Below are positions 14,520 to 27,696 of a stretch of DNA of 64,000 bases, one piece after another (positions within the stretch are counted from its first letter, which is position 1; each line of letters starts with the position of its first letter). The translations under genes were made by a program, and so were the position numbers. This DNA comes from Chrysomallon squamiferum. Taxonomy: Eukaryota; Animalia; Mollusca. Under the pieces are notes generated by a model, which saw only the letters and a program-made list of their open reading frames with translations, was not told the origin of the DNA and did not search any database. The DNA lies in assembly GCA_012295275.1 (NCBI GenBank), contig CM022673.1, positions 12,586,001-12,650,000 of the forward strand. Direction: 5' to 3'.

Positions 14520-14908
14520 ATCATATTACGTTATATTGTTTATTATATTAGGTTATGCTGTGCTAAACTGCGTTACGTTACGTTACGTTATTTTTATATT
14601 ATATTATATAATGTTGTGTTATGTTATATTACATTGCATTATATCATATTATATTACATTACACTATACTATACTATATTATATTATGCTATATTATACT
14701 ATACTATATTATACTATACTATATTATACTATACTATATTGTACTATACTATGCTATGCCATATTATATTATATTATGTTGTGTTTTGTTGTGTTGTGTT
14801 ATCTTATGTTGTTATGTGTTGTTATGTTATGTTATGTTATGTTATGTTATGTTATGTTATGTTATGTTATGTTATGTTATGTTATGTTATGTTATGTTAT
14901 GTTATGTT
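14520..14908 (+). repeat. Compound pentanucleotide array (GTTAC, ATATT, ATACT, GTTGT, ending in pure GTTAT)
   Basis: The 5-bp period is kept while the unit sequence drifts along the array. Confidence 0.9.
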
Positions 14909-15009
14909 AATACAGCAGAAGAGTTGGCTCTCCCTGCATGGTACGAAGGTGTTTCTTTATTATGTATAATTTATTTATTTACCCATTTATTAATAAATTA
15001 ATTTGTTTA

Positions 15010-15204
15010 TTAGTAGTAGTAATATCAATATTTGTAGTAGTAGTAGTAAATCGTAGTAACAGTAACGGTAGAAGTAGCAATACTAGTAGTAGTAGTTGTA
15101 GTGGTTGCAATATTTCTTGTTGTAGCAGTAGCAATACGATCAATATAATCATTATTACTATACTCTTATTTCTGTGCTATTACTACTACCACTACTACTA
15201 CTAT

Positions 15205-15236
<32 letters not shown>

Positions 15237-15559
15237 GAACTACTACTGCTATTTCCACTAAAACAACAACTATTATTACTGCTACTGTTACTACTACTAC
15301 TAGAACTATTATTACTACTACTACAGCTACTACTACTACTACAGCTACTACAACTACTGCAACTACTACAACTATAAATGCTAATGCAGCAGTAGCTGTA
15401 GCTTTTATTAGTGTTGTTATTATTATCATCATCACCATCATCACATTATTATTATTGTCATTGCTATTATTATTACTATTATTATTATTATTATTATTAT
15501 TATTACTGACATTGTTATTAGTAGTAGTAGTAGAAGTATTGATGTTATTATTATTATTA

Positions 15560-15648
<89 letters not shown>

Positions 15649-15650
15649 GC
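15010..15650. repeat. Compound trinucleotide block (TAG)n, (CTA)n, (ATT)n
   Basis: Seen directly; accounts for the poly-L/N/V/Y ORFs. Confidence 0.95.
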
Positions 15651-16523
15651 CATTCACATAAAAGCGTGGTGATATAGGATACAGGTTGTAAATTCCAGAC
15701 CTTACATTTTCTCTAAGATTACGTTTATTTTGTTCTTTCTTCTGAACACAAGGGAACACAAGACGTCTAGATTCCGAGAAACTCATCACAGAATTAATGA
15801 CAATTTTTAAGCAAAAGGTTTAATGTTAAGTATGGGTTCTCTTTCTTGGCAATGAGAATATGGGAATCCATTAAGTAACGTGACAGAACGATTTTCCTAA
15901 AGAAAACACTGGCTTCTTTTCCTTCAACTGTCATTACATTCGAATTACCGAAACAGGACATTCATAAAGACGCGTTTTCCCTGTACGACTTAATGTAACC
16001 GTTATGAAAATATATATATTTTTTTAATATAATTTATTTTGTTTTCTCAAATGTTTATCTGTATTATTGAAAAATGGCATTAACAAACTCGCCATTTAAC
16101 TCTAGGTTCTTACGTAATCGTGAAAAAAACGTTTATTTTATTTTATTCCGATGTTATTATTGAAAAATAACATGAGTAATGGCAGAGTTTGTTTCCCCAC
16201 ACCATTCGATTCTTTGTTGTAGTTCCATAAGTGAAAAATAACTTTTACAAAACCGTGTTTTAGCAGTACGACCTGTCGGAATCATAAGAAAATATAACTT
16301 TTTGGTTCAGCTGATCGTTATGTTAACATTACGCAAATGATTATGATAGTCATAAAAGTGCGTTCTCATATATATGCATCGTACTACTGGAATAATGATT
16401 ACTGGAATAACATTAGATTTGTGTTTCGATTATGAATGCGTGTTTGCTAGATACAATTTGACACAACGATTTTTTTATATCTGTAAACTCGTTAACTTTA
16501 TTAGGACAGGAACAGCATTCATT

Positions 16524-16606
16524 TATTTTCCGTTCCAACTAGTGCTGATAGAGTAAAGAAAATGGTTTGACTGTTCTGTCTATGGGAAAGAACATATAAA
16601 ACATTT
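16524..16606 (+). mobile_element. Decayed SINE core fragment
   Basis: TATTTTCCGTTCCAACTAGTGCT ... CTGTCTATGGGAAAGAACATATAAAA is collinear with the 2265..2360 segment. Confidence 0.55.
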
Positions 16607-16880
16607 TTCCTTTCTGACTAGAAATGTCTCCGCCTTTCGGTGACATATTACGTCATAGTATTACGTCAGAATTTGAAAATGAATAAGATTAACGAACGTT
16701 ATCAAATGCTGTAAAACAAATGTTGATATCCAACATCCAACGATACAAATTTAATTATATGAGCCATAGTTTCGTCAATAACAAATATTAACAATGCAGT
16801 CAGAAAATCAAAAAAAAAAAAAGTAACATATTTCATTTACGATATCTTTAAAGAAAACAAACGGAGAATCGTTAACATTC

Positions 16881-17100
16881 TTTATTTTGAACTGATCCAG
16901 TCAAAACTTTTCTGATCATGTCATAAAATAACTGCAACCACTTAGATAATACTGCCCGTTTAATCGTTACTGCAAATTGCGCAGTTTGATTATTTATTTT
17001 TTAACTGAACCAGTCAAAAACTTTTCTGATCGTGTCATAAAATAACTGCAACCACTTAGATCGTTTAATCGTTAGTGCAAATTGCGCAGTTTGTTATTTT
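16881..17100 (+). repeat. Local tandem duplication, two diverged copies of ~105-115 bp
   Basis: AACTGA.CCAGTCAAAACTTTTCTGATC.TGTCATAAAATAACTGCAACCACTTAGAT...GCAAATTGCGCAGTTTG occurs twice. The second copy has an internal deletion of about 9 bp. Confidence 0.9.
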
Positions 17101-20092
17101 GTAGTGCTATATTTTTTGTAACGCAAAATCATCATTATAAACAACTCGTTTCCTCTGTTCTGGTGTGGCTGGTGACTGACCTACAATTACCACGGCTCGA
17201 AGACGTCTCACATCGTTCTGAGAAACATGCTCGCGCTAATCGCTGTAATTTCTCTTTCCCTATCGGTCGGTGACGATAATTAAGCCTACAGTGTCGAGCC
17301 AGGAATATCCGTAATTTTTAGCTGAATGGTGATATTTATGTTTTTAATTGTTATATAATAGTTCATTCACCGTGTGTGTTTTTATTGTTTCTTATTTTTT
17401 ATTGTTTGTTTATTTTTTGTTGTTCTCTGGGGTTTTTTTTTGGTGTGTTTATTCGTATGTTTGTTTGTTTATTTATTTGTTTATTTGTTTATTATTTTGT
17501 TTGTGTTTGTTTGTTTATTTGTTTATTTGTTTATTGTTCTCTGTTTATTTATTACATCAAGTTGCACGTAACATCTTATTAACTTGAAAACTAGCTATTA
17601 AGATGTTTTTGATCCAGGTATTATTATAAATAAATACATAGGCTAGTACTGCGCTGCAATCAGAAACAATTAACTAAACGCATTTACCAAAAATAACCTT
17701 AGAATTCAGAAATAACGTTGACTTTACGTAATATCCACAAAACAGCAGAAATCGATCAAGACAAAAGATAAGCTTTATCTCCTAATCTCTCATAATTAAA
17801 GGGCACACAGAAAGTTCTGCACGCGATTCACTCTGCACTGAATAACCAGCGAATCGATTACGGAATCGTAGTTTTGTCTGCAAACGATTTTGCGACAAAT
17901 CGACTTATTTCGGCAGAGACTGACGGGGAAGGCCGAAGATCTATGCATTATACAATCGATACACAGTATCAGAGTCTGCGACCTTCTCGGTCGTTTAACC
18001 GTGAAATGTTTCATCTTCTTGAGCGATATTAGAGTAATACAGCAGAAGTATCGTTACGATGTTAACCTAATCCTGTCTGCGAGAAAGCAAAGTAACGATA
18101 ACAAATATAACGTCATCTCAGTGTAGCTTGGAATATTAACATCATAACTGATTCGCCAACACCGCAAATATTTTCAAAATCAGTACGTTATTGTAAGCAT
18201 TCTTGAATCAAAATAAAATATTTTCTAGATATAACATTATCATAAGCGCCATTTTAATATTTTTTGAACACTCATATAAATTATGCAACTGCAATAACAA
18301 GATTTTGTTTTCAACTTCTGTTACTTTCAAATGCTAAATAATGTATGTGTATGTGTGTGTGTGTGTGTGTGTGTTGTGTGTGTGTGTATTTATTTCACTG
18401 AATTCATCAACATTTCAAATGTTTTCCTATGTTATTATTGTTATCGCTTACGGTCCTGTGTGTATCTCAGGATTATTGCATAATTACAAGACATGGCGTA
18501 AACCTGACCCAGGATGTAAATATTCTAAACATAATTATAGAAGCACAATAAACTATCGCAATATAAATATTTATTTACTTATTCTATATATGTTACATCG
18601 TAGCAAAATTGAAACGTAACCATGTGAACGCCTTATCGCCAAATTACTAGTACGTCATCATCAGTCTATCATTATTACGTCATCAAAACATCGCATATCA
18701 AATATTAGACGTCGCTTTTGTTGTAAAAGTAATGAAAGTACAAAACCAGACGTCACATTATTTCTAAATAACAAAATCTCAGCTCCACACTTTTCATTAC
18801 GTAAAAAAGCAATGTATTTGACAGACATACAAATAACCGCACTGTCACAAACATATCTCTTATTCAGATAAATCGTGAGTGATTTGATGCAATGATTATA
18901 GCATAGCAGTATCGTATCATTAGATGGTGAATTTAATGTTGCAGGATGATACTGAAATAGATGTGTGTGTTGTGTGTTTGTGTGTGAGTTATGAGTGTGT
19001 GTATGAGTGTGTGTGTTATGTGTGTATGAGTGTATATTGTGTGCGTTATGTGTGTTGTGTGTGCGTGAGTGTATGTGTCATTGTGTGAGTGTGTGTGAGT
19101 GTATGTGTGGGTGCGCCTGTGTATTGAATGTGTTATGTGTTTGTGTTGTGTATGTGTTTGTATCTATGTGTTGTGTGTGTTGTGTGTTTTGTGGTCTGTT
19201 CTGTGTGTGTGTACTTAACAACTGTGACAATTTTATCCCTTCACATTTAATAATGTATTATTATTAATGATGTATTACTATACAACAACAACAGCCACAA
19301 CTACTTCCAAGCTGTTACAACTACAGTTACTTCCACTACCACCAAAATTACTAGCACTCCTCCAAATTCCACTGAAAATACTACTACTACCACTACGTTT
19401 ACTACCTCTACAACTGTTGTGACTTCAATTAATACCGTTAAATCCATTACAAATTTTACTGTTACCACTACTACCACAACAACGACACTTACGACAACAA
19501 CGACTACTACTGGTAGTACTGCTTCTGGAGTTACTGCTACAACCTATTCGTGTTACAAAAGCAAATAGTTAAAGTTAATTTCATCATTTATTATCTATAA
19601 CAAATACACTTTCTCAACAGCGTAAACTTAACTGAATATCACTATAACGATACAACAAACACTCTTTTTAATACGTAACCACTGTAACAAAGTAACCGAC
19701 AGCCATTCTGTAACTCTTGCTTTAATCACTGGATTACCTTCTATTACCACCACTACACATACAAGCTACTAAAAATGTAAGTTTAGCAGTACTGAAGATA
19801 CGACTGTAGTAAGCTGGCTGTCGTAGGTTCCTCGCAGGGAAATATCGTAATCCGCAGTTTACTAACGGCGAAAAGTTTTACTGAGTTATAACTAACGACT
19901 TAACGTCGCGAAAATCCGTACTCTGACGATCGTTAAATCGTAACCTGGGGCATTCGGGAGTTTTCTTCTCCCTGATACGTATTATTAAATTAAAATGGGA
20001 AAATATATATATATATACGTGTGTGTCTGTGTTGTGAATGAATTCTATATAGTTATATTTTTGTTTGTTCCTTTGTTCAGTTATATGTCGTT

Positions 20093-20123
<31 letters not shown>

Positions 20124-20367
20124 TTTTAGGTATTTATTTATTTATTTATTTATTTACATATTTACTTCCGTATTTGATAGTTACTTTCATTTATATATAT
20201 GTATATATATATGTTTTTACAATTGTAGAAATACAAAAGTATTATCAGAAAATAAATTATCTCGGAATGCCAATAGCATTATTATCATAAATTACATTAT
20301 CTCGGAAAAATGAATACAAATAATAATAATATTATCATTATTATACGTTTGGCAATAATGAAAATAA

Positions 20368-20522
20368 AAAACCAACTGCTTACAGTCGAAATCTGAAACC
20401 TACTGGTTCACTCGAAATCTAAAACCTACTGATTTCAGTCAAAATCTAAAACCATATAATTACTGCAGTCAAACATCAAACGTTACTGGTTACAATCAAA
20501 ACATAAAACGCAGTGGTTACAC
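20368..20522 (+). repeat. Old degenerate ~27-30 bp tandem repeat (AAACCTACTGGTT.CAGTC.AAATCT), about 5-6 copies
   Basis: Recurring motif seen by eye. Confidence 0.7.
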
Positions 20523-22554
20523 GTAACCAAACGTAAACCATTTCTCTCAGTCCACATATCGGTAAGATAACATTAGACAGAAACCTGCAAAAGCTGAAAA
20601 CATTTTTTTAGTGTTATCTTAATATGATGCAGATTGTTACTAAATAAAATCACGACCAGGCAGTGATCCAACACGTGATGTCTGCGTGAAGATAAGCACA
20701 CACACACATATTTTTTGTGAGTGTCAGTAATACCGTAGTTAATTAAGTAAACGGGCCACAGTTTAGTTGTAAACGTATGATGACGTACGATTGTAATAGA
20801 ATCAAATTACCACAACCGCCCCTTTTGGATATTTCAAAATTTCAGTGCGTTAAAAATGGCTCGTGGCAATAGTTAACCTGGTGATTAATGATATTCATAG
20901 TGTGGTTATGTTGTTGGATGGTTTTGTTGTTATTGTTTTTTTATTATTATATTTTGTTTTGTTTTGTTATTGTTTTAGGTTTTTCGTTTACTTGTCTTTT
21001 TTTTTTTTTTTTCGTTTCTTTCCCGACTTTTATTATACCGCAGTGCTAAAGGCGCGTTTTCACCGTACGACTTAACGTAATGATATATGTATTATCGTGA
21101 AAGACGTATAATTCCAGAACATTTCTGAAAATAGGTGTAATCACTGAACTGAGAGTAATACGACAAGAATTGGCGATGATCCATGGGAAACCCAGGCATG
21201 CACAGAGTCAAAGGTTCGTAGAAAGAGCAACACTGTGACATGCTAGTTTGTCGGTTTGCAAGTAACAGTACAGCTGAGTGTTCCGCATTTGCCGCACTGC
21301 TCGGTTCTGATGCTAGACTCGTCTAATCTCTCTCCCGAAATTCTCCATCGATTGGAGCATGATCTACTCGCAGTCTTTGCATTTTACCGTTTTCCTGAGT
21401 GAAGCACAGAGACTGTACGTATTTTCTGACATTTTCATGAATTATGCATAGTTCCTGTAACATACACACACACACACACATAAACACACACACACACACA
21501 CACCACATACACACACATATACACACCCATTCACATATACACACTTATATATACATATACATACATAAATGAAGAAGTGGATCGTACTCAATACCTTCTT
21601 ATAGTCAGGCGAGCACAAACCAGAACAGGAACGCTGGTTGGAACGGGAAATGCGCTTTTGGAATATTCCATAACCTAAATCAGTTGCAGTAATATATATA
21701 TTATATAAGAAACGAATACAATTAGTTATTGCATTAAACAGGTTTCAGGGTTGTTGGAAAACAAGTTTCAGAAATCATTCTGCACCATTTTTTCAAAAAA
21801 AAAATATATACACTTCCGCAAAAATGATTTAAAAAAAAGAAAGAATAATAAAAAGAAAAAAGATTAAAGGACAAAAGACTGTACTAATTACAAGATGTGT
21901 GTTTGTTTTTAATACCAGAAGCGAGCGAAGCCTAGGCCCGTCATCCGTAACAAACAAAACTTTCCAAGCCTAAACTTTCGAGAGAAAAAGAAAGAACAAG
22001 AGTCCACTGTTTCTGTTGTATGGCTTCGATACCGTACGACTTTTGTTCAGATCATCTAAAAGATGCATCAAGGTAAACAACCTTTGGTATTTTTTGTTTT
22101 CATCATCGGAAAAAGTAAATATCTGGTATTTTCTCATTTCCTGCATTCTTAACACTGGTTTCTTAGTGTCTTTTTTTTTTTTTTTTTCTTTCTTTTTTTT
22201 GTAATTACGATTCTCGCTGCGGGTTTTGGGAGTGGGTTGAAAGGCTGCCCGGGGCCGCAGTAGTCACAAATCGCCCACTGTTGTTTTTTGTTGTTTTTTG
22301 TAATCAAAATTTATAAAAATAGAAATAAATATGTGTGTATGTGAGAGAGTGTGTGTGTGTGTGTGTGTGTTTTGGGTTTTTGGGGGTTTTTTTTAAGGTT
22401 TTTGTTTTGTGTGTGGGTGTGGGTGGGTGTGATTGCCAAGATTTATTTTCCCACTGATTCACAAGGAAAATAAATCTTATACATATTTGATTTATTGATT
22501 TATTGATTTATTTATTTACTTATCGCCATTTCAGACAGTTCTGAATCTAACCCA

Positions 22555-23594
22555 GAAAGTGAGCAGGGTCCACCCTACGTCCTCCTTTGTCACTGTAAAC
22601 TTGTTTACTCTGTCACTGTAAACTTGTTTACTCTCACTATCAGAGTAAACTTCTTCACTCTCACTGTCACTGTAAACCTTTTTACTCTGTCATTGTAAAC
22701 CTGTTTACTCTGTCACTGTAAACCTTTTTACTCTGTCACTGTAAACCTTTTTACTCTGTCACTGTAAACCTGTTTACTCTCACTGTCACTGTAAACCTGT
22801 TCACTCTCACTGTCACTGTAAACCTTTTTACTCTGTCATTGTAAACCTGTTTACTCTGTCACTGTAAACCTTTTTACTCTGTCACTGTAAACCTTTTTAC
22901 TCTGTCACAGTAAATCTGTTTACTCTGTCACTGTAAACCTTTTTACTCTGTCACTGTAAACCTGTTTACTCTCACTGTCACTGTAAACCTTTTTACTCTG
23001 TCACAGTAAATCTGTTTACTCTCACTGTCACAAACCCTTCACAAACTCGGCTGGTGAATTCAAAGCCTTGCTTTGAAAGTGAGCAGGGTCCACCCTACGT
23101 CCTCCTTTGTCACTGTAAACTTGTTTACTCTGTCACTGTAAACTTGTTTACTCTCACTATCAGAGTAAACTTCTTCACTCTCACTGTCACTGTAAACCTT
23201 TTTACTCTGTCATTGTAAACCTGTTTACTCTGTCACTGTAAACCTTTTTACTCTGTCACTGTAAACCTTTTTACTCTGTCACTGTAAACCTGTTTACTCT
23301 CACTGTCACTGTAAACCTGTTCACTCTCACTGTCACTGTAAACCTTTTTACTCTGTCATTGTAAACCTGTTTACTCTGTCACTGTAAACCTTTTTACTCT
23401 GTCACTGTAAACCTTTTTACTCTGTCACAGTAAACCTGTTTACTCTGTCACTGTAAACCTTTTTTCTCACTCTCACTGTAAACCTGTTTACTCTCACTGT
23501 CACTGTAAACCTTTTTACTCTGTCACAGTAAACCTGTTTACTCTCACTGTCACAAACCCTTCACAAACTCGGCTGGTGAATTCAAAGCCTTGCT
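22555..23594 (+). repeat. ~520-bp tandem duplication (22555..23072 and 23075..23594), each copy containing a 23/27-bp minisatellite
   Basis: Both copies start GAAAGTGAGCAGGGTCCACCCTACG and end CTCGGCTGGTGAATTCAAAGCCTTGCT. The internal unit is TGTCACTGTAAACCT(T/G)TTTACTC, with an optional TCAC insert. Confidence 0.95.
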
Positions 23595-24382
23595 GCACCG
23601 ATCAAATATTTGATGATAATTAATGACGCTAGCGTTTATCCGATTACCAAGGATTATCAGTTTTCACATCCAGGTAGTGAATGGTCCGGTGAGACAGCTA
23701 AACTGTTTGTCCACGCAAATCTCACTTCCTTTCACTGACCACATGAATCATTCAGCTGGTCTTTCAGTGTGCGAAAATGAACGGCAGATAATTAAGACCA
23801 GACATAGTATTTAATTAGAGGTTCATTGTTTGTTTGTTCTCAGCTGTATTTGTGTATCACTGAAGTTATTATTGTGCAGTTTTGAGCTTTTAATGGCTGG
23901 TATGATTGTTTAGGAATGGAAATATTTTCCAATGGAGAATCAGCTGAACTTTTTGTTTTTCTCAAAGACAATAGAATATAGCACTGTAATTTTTCTTTTT
24001 TCTGTTATTTTTTATTTTTATTTTTATTTTTATTTTTTCATTTTTTGTATAATATCTACAGCAGAAAGAATAACAATGATGACAACAACTACAATGATAG
24101 CAGTAATAAAAACAATCGTAATAATAGCAACAACAACAACAACAATAATAATAGTGGCAGCTGTTGTGTTTGCTTTGTACCTGTAGTAGTAGTTGTTGTT
24201 GTTGTTGTAGTCATTTTAATAGCCATGGTAGTTTAAATAATAATATCAACAACAATAGCTGTAGTAGTAGAAGCAATAGTAATAGTAGTAGTAGTAGTAG
24301 TGGTAATAATCATAGCAGTAACAGCAGTATAAGAAGACGTTACAGTAGTACTGGTGAAGTAATACAAGTTTTATTAGCAATA

Positions 24383-25241
24383 CTAATAGTAGTACTGATA
24401 GTAGTAATAGTAGTATTGATAGTAGTAGTAGTAGTAGTATTGATAGTAGTAGTAGTAGTAGTACTGATAGTAGTAGTAGTAGTATTGATAGTAGTAGTAG
24501 TAGTACTGATAGTAGTAGTAGTACTGATAGTAGTAGTAGTAGTAGTACTGATAGTAGTAGTAGTAGTACTGATAGTAGTAGTAGTAGTACTGATAGTAGT
24601 AGTAGTAGTATTGATAGTAGTAGTAGTAGTACTGATAGTAGTAATAGTAGTATTGATAGTAGTAGTAGTAGTACTGATAGTAGTAGTAGTAGTAGTAGCA
24701 GTAGTAGTACTGATAGTAGTAATAGTAGTATTGATAGTAGTAGTAGTAGTAGTACTGATAGTAGTAGTATAGTAGTAGTAGTAGTACTGATAGTAGTAGT
24801 AGTAGTATTGATAGTAGTAGTAGTAGTAGATGGTAGTAATAGTAGTAATAGTAGTACTGATAGTAGTAATAGTAGTATTGATAGTAGTAGTAGTAGTAGT
24901 ACTGATAGTAGTAATAGTAGTATTGATAGTAGTAGTAGTAGTACTGATAGTAGTAATAGTAGTATTGATAGTAGTAGTAGTAGTACTGATAGTAGTAGTA
25001 GTAGTAGTAGCAGTAGTAGTACTGATAGTAGTAATAGTAGTATTGATAGTAGTAATAGTAGTAATAGTAGTATTGATAGTAGTAATAGTAGTATTGATAG
25101 TAGTAGTAGTAGTACTGATAGTAGTAATAGTAGTATTGATAGTAGTAATAGTAGTATTGATAGTAGTAGTAGTAGTACTGATAGTAGTAATAGTAGTATT
25201 GATAGTAGTAGTAGTAGTACTGATAGTAGTAGTAGTAGTAG
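24383..25241 (+). repeat. (TAG)n-derived minisatellite punctuated by TACTGA/TATTGA roughly every 15-21 bp
   Basis: Seen directly; accounts for the YYYYQ, VVVLI and SSSTD ORFs. Confidence 0.95.
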
Positions 25242-26299
25242 CTGTTTTTGTTTTTCATTACGTGTAATATTTTTGTATTGTATAAGATAAAGAAAGAAAC
25301 GTCAGAAGAACAACAAGATAGTAATAATGTTTATTACGGAGATAAACTAAATTATTTCTTAATATTTTTATATGCATACGCTATGCAAAAATTCCATTCT
25401 TTCCTTAGTTATAATAATGAATCTTTTAATAATGATAGTTTAACCTATGTATCACCGAATTCGTTTTCATTTTTAATATTAACTTCATATCAAGACCAGT
25501 CCTACATTTTTTTTTTTTTTTTTTTTTACCGTAATACCTATATTTATGGTTTCCGCGGTGATACTGATACTTAGATGTGAAAAAAATAATAATGATGTAG
25601 CGTGATTCATAAAGATCTTGCAGTCCTTAGTTATCTGAAATAATGATCTTGCTGTGATTGATGGCACAGTTTCATACTCGTATCGATTCACCAGGCAGTC
25701 ATAATCTAGTGTTAACTCGTAGATTAGGAACAGCCACCCACCAAACGAACTTGCATTGTTCATTATTTCAGTCATTCAGCAAGAAACGTCATCATCCAGA
25801 GCTACTGAGCAAACATGCAGGCCATAACTGTGCAACCGGAAAAAAAAAAATACGTTATGTTTCCCTGAGGATGATGGGAATATTTGTTCATTGTAATGGC
25901 GTCTTGAAAACGTGAAAGAAGCAAACTTAGAATTCGGCTTATGGAAATTCTCTTTCTCAAATTCTTTTTATTCTTTTTTTTTCTTTTTTTTTTTTATTTT
26001 TTTTACTTTAAGAAAAAAAAAGTGTTTAAAATTCTGATTGGTGTATACCCTATCAACAGAAATACTGATGGAATTCGTTTGTCTTTTGACTAATTGCTAT
26101 GAATAGCTAGGACTGGCTCTGAGCTAGACTGTGTTTTGTCACTTTTGTAGGGTGTTTTTTTTTCTGAAATGAGGAAACGGATATATCGGTCCATTAACCA
26201 ATAAATGTTCATGCGTATCGTATTTTCTGTATATCGAATGATATTTTTTTTAGCCTTGAAAACATGAAATTTAGAGGCAGCACCTTTAAGTTTTATATT

Positions 26300-26372
<73 letters not shown>

Positions 26373-27509
26373 ATGAATATATTCATATACATATACATAC
26401 ATATGCACACATAAGTAAATACAAAAATACATATATATATATATATATATACATTCATACATACAGATACATACACACATATTAATGAACACATATATAC
26501 AAATATGCTAATATACATTCACATATGCGTACATACATACCTACATAATGCATGCATGCCTATATACAAACATGCATACATACATACATCCATCCATACA
26601 TACATACATCCATCCATACATACATACATACATACATACATACACACTTGTCCTCCTGCGCTAGTACGTTCTTTAATATTGTCTGTGTACAGTCTAATCA
26701 GACGTATATATATAGAGAGAGAATGAAACGGAGAATCAGATATATATAAAGACAGAGAAAAATAGAGCCAAAGACAGAAAGAAAGAGACAGACAGACAGA
26801 CAGACATACTTATAACTGTTAAAATACAAAACCAAAATTACAGCTTGTCATTATATTTTTTTTTTCCCCGATCATTTCGGTAACACTATTTTTAGTCAGA
26901 CAACCAGTTGAATGTGTTGTATAGTCAGGAGACAATTTATACATGTTTTCCAAAAACCCGCTCAACCTTTTGCTCGTTAAAACATTCAGAAAGCAACGTA
27001 GCGAAAATACTTCTCTCCAATCAACATTTCTAACGCATTTCTAATGTATAGGACTTCAGACCTCGAACATCCATTTTGTCAATCGTCTTCTGCAGCAGAA
27101 ATAACTAATAAATAAATACACATGCTAATTATAAGATATATGCGCGCGAAAGGACATAATTAATTAGAGAAGGATACCGATATCTTTAGTAATATCTTTT
27201 TAACGACGCAATGAGAACAGATACGTTTTGCTTACTCTGCTAATGAAGTGGTTTGTTACTTAAAGAAATGGTTTTGCGGGGTATGCGACCGCACCGACGT
27301 TCATTTGATTTATATGGTAACTAAAAAGGTCAAGGATGAAGCAGGGCATTGATCTCGATGCACAAGATTTGTCTTTTTTAAATCTTTGACAGGCTGTATA
27401 ATGTATAAATAGCTAGAATATAAGTTAATGGTAGATGTCATAGTATTTGCAGGAGGTGTAGTAGCAAAAATGATACTATGGTAGTAGTTGAAATAATGAT
27501 AGTATAGTA

Positions 27510-27541
<32 letters not shown>

Positions 27542-27661
27542 TATTAATATTAATGGTAGTAATAATATAAGTAGTAGCAGTAATAGTATATTAACATTAA
27601 TGGTAGTAATAATATTAGTAGTAGTAGTAGAAAATAGTATATTAATAGAAATCGTAGTAAC

Positions 27662-27696
<35 letters not shown>

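Noticed and set aside
22555-23594. Repeat array considered as a possible CRISPR array
   Set aside because: The units are contiguous with no unique spacers, there are no cas genes, and the context is eukaryotic. It is a minisatellite.
24164-25290. Long ORFs (291, 202, 160 and 145 aa) rich in Y/Q, V/L/I or S/D, superficially like biomineral or adhesive proteins
   Set aside because: They are translations of a TAG-based repeat, open on both strands, with no synonymous variation, signal peptide or splice context.
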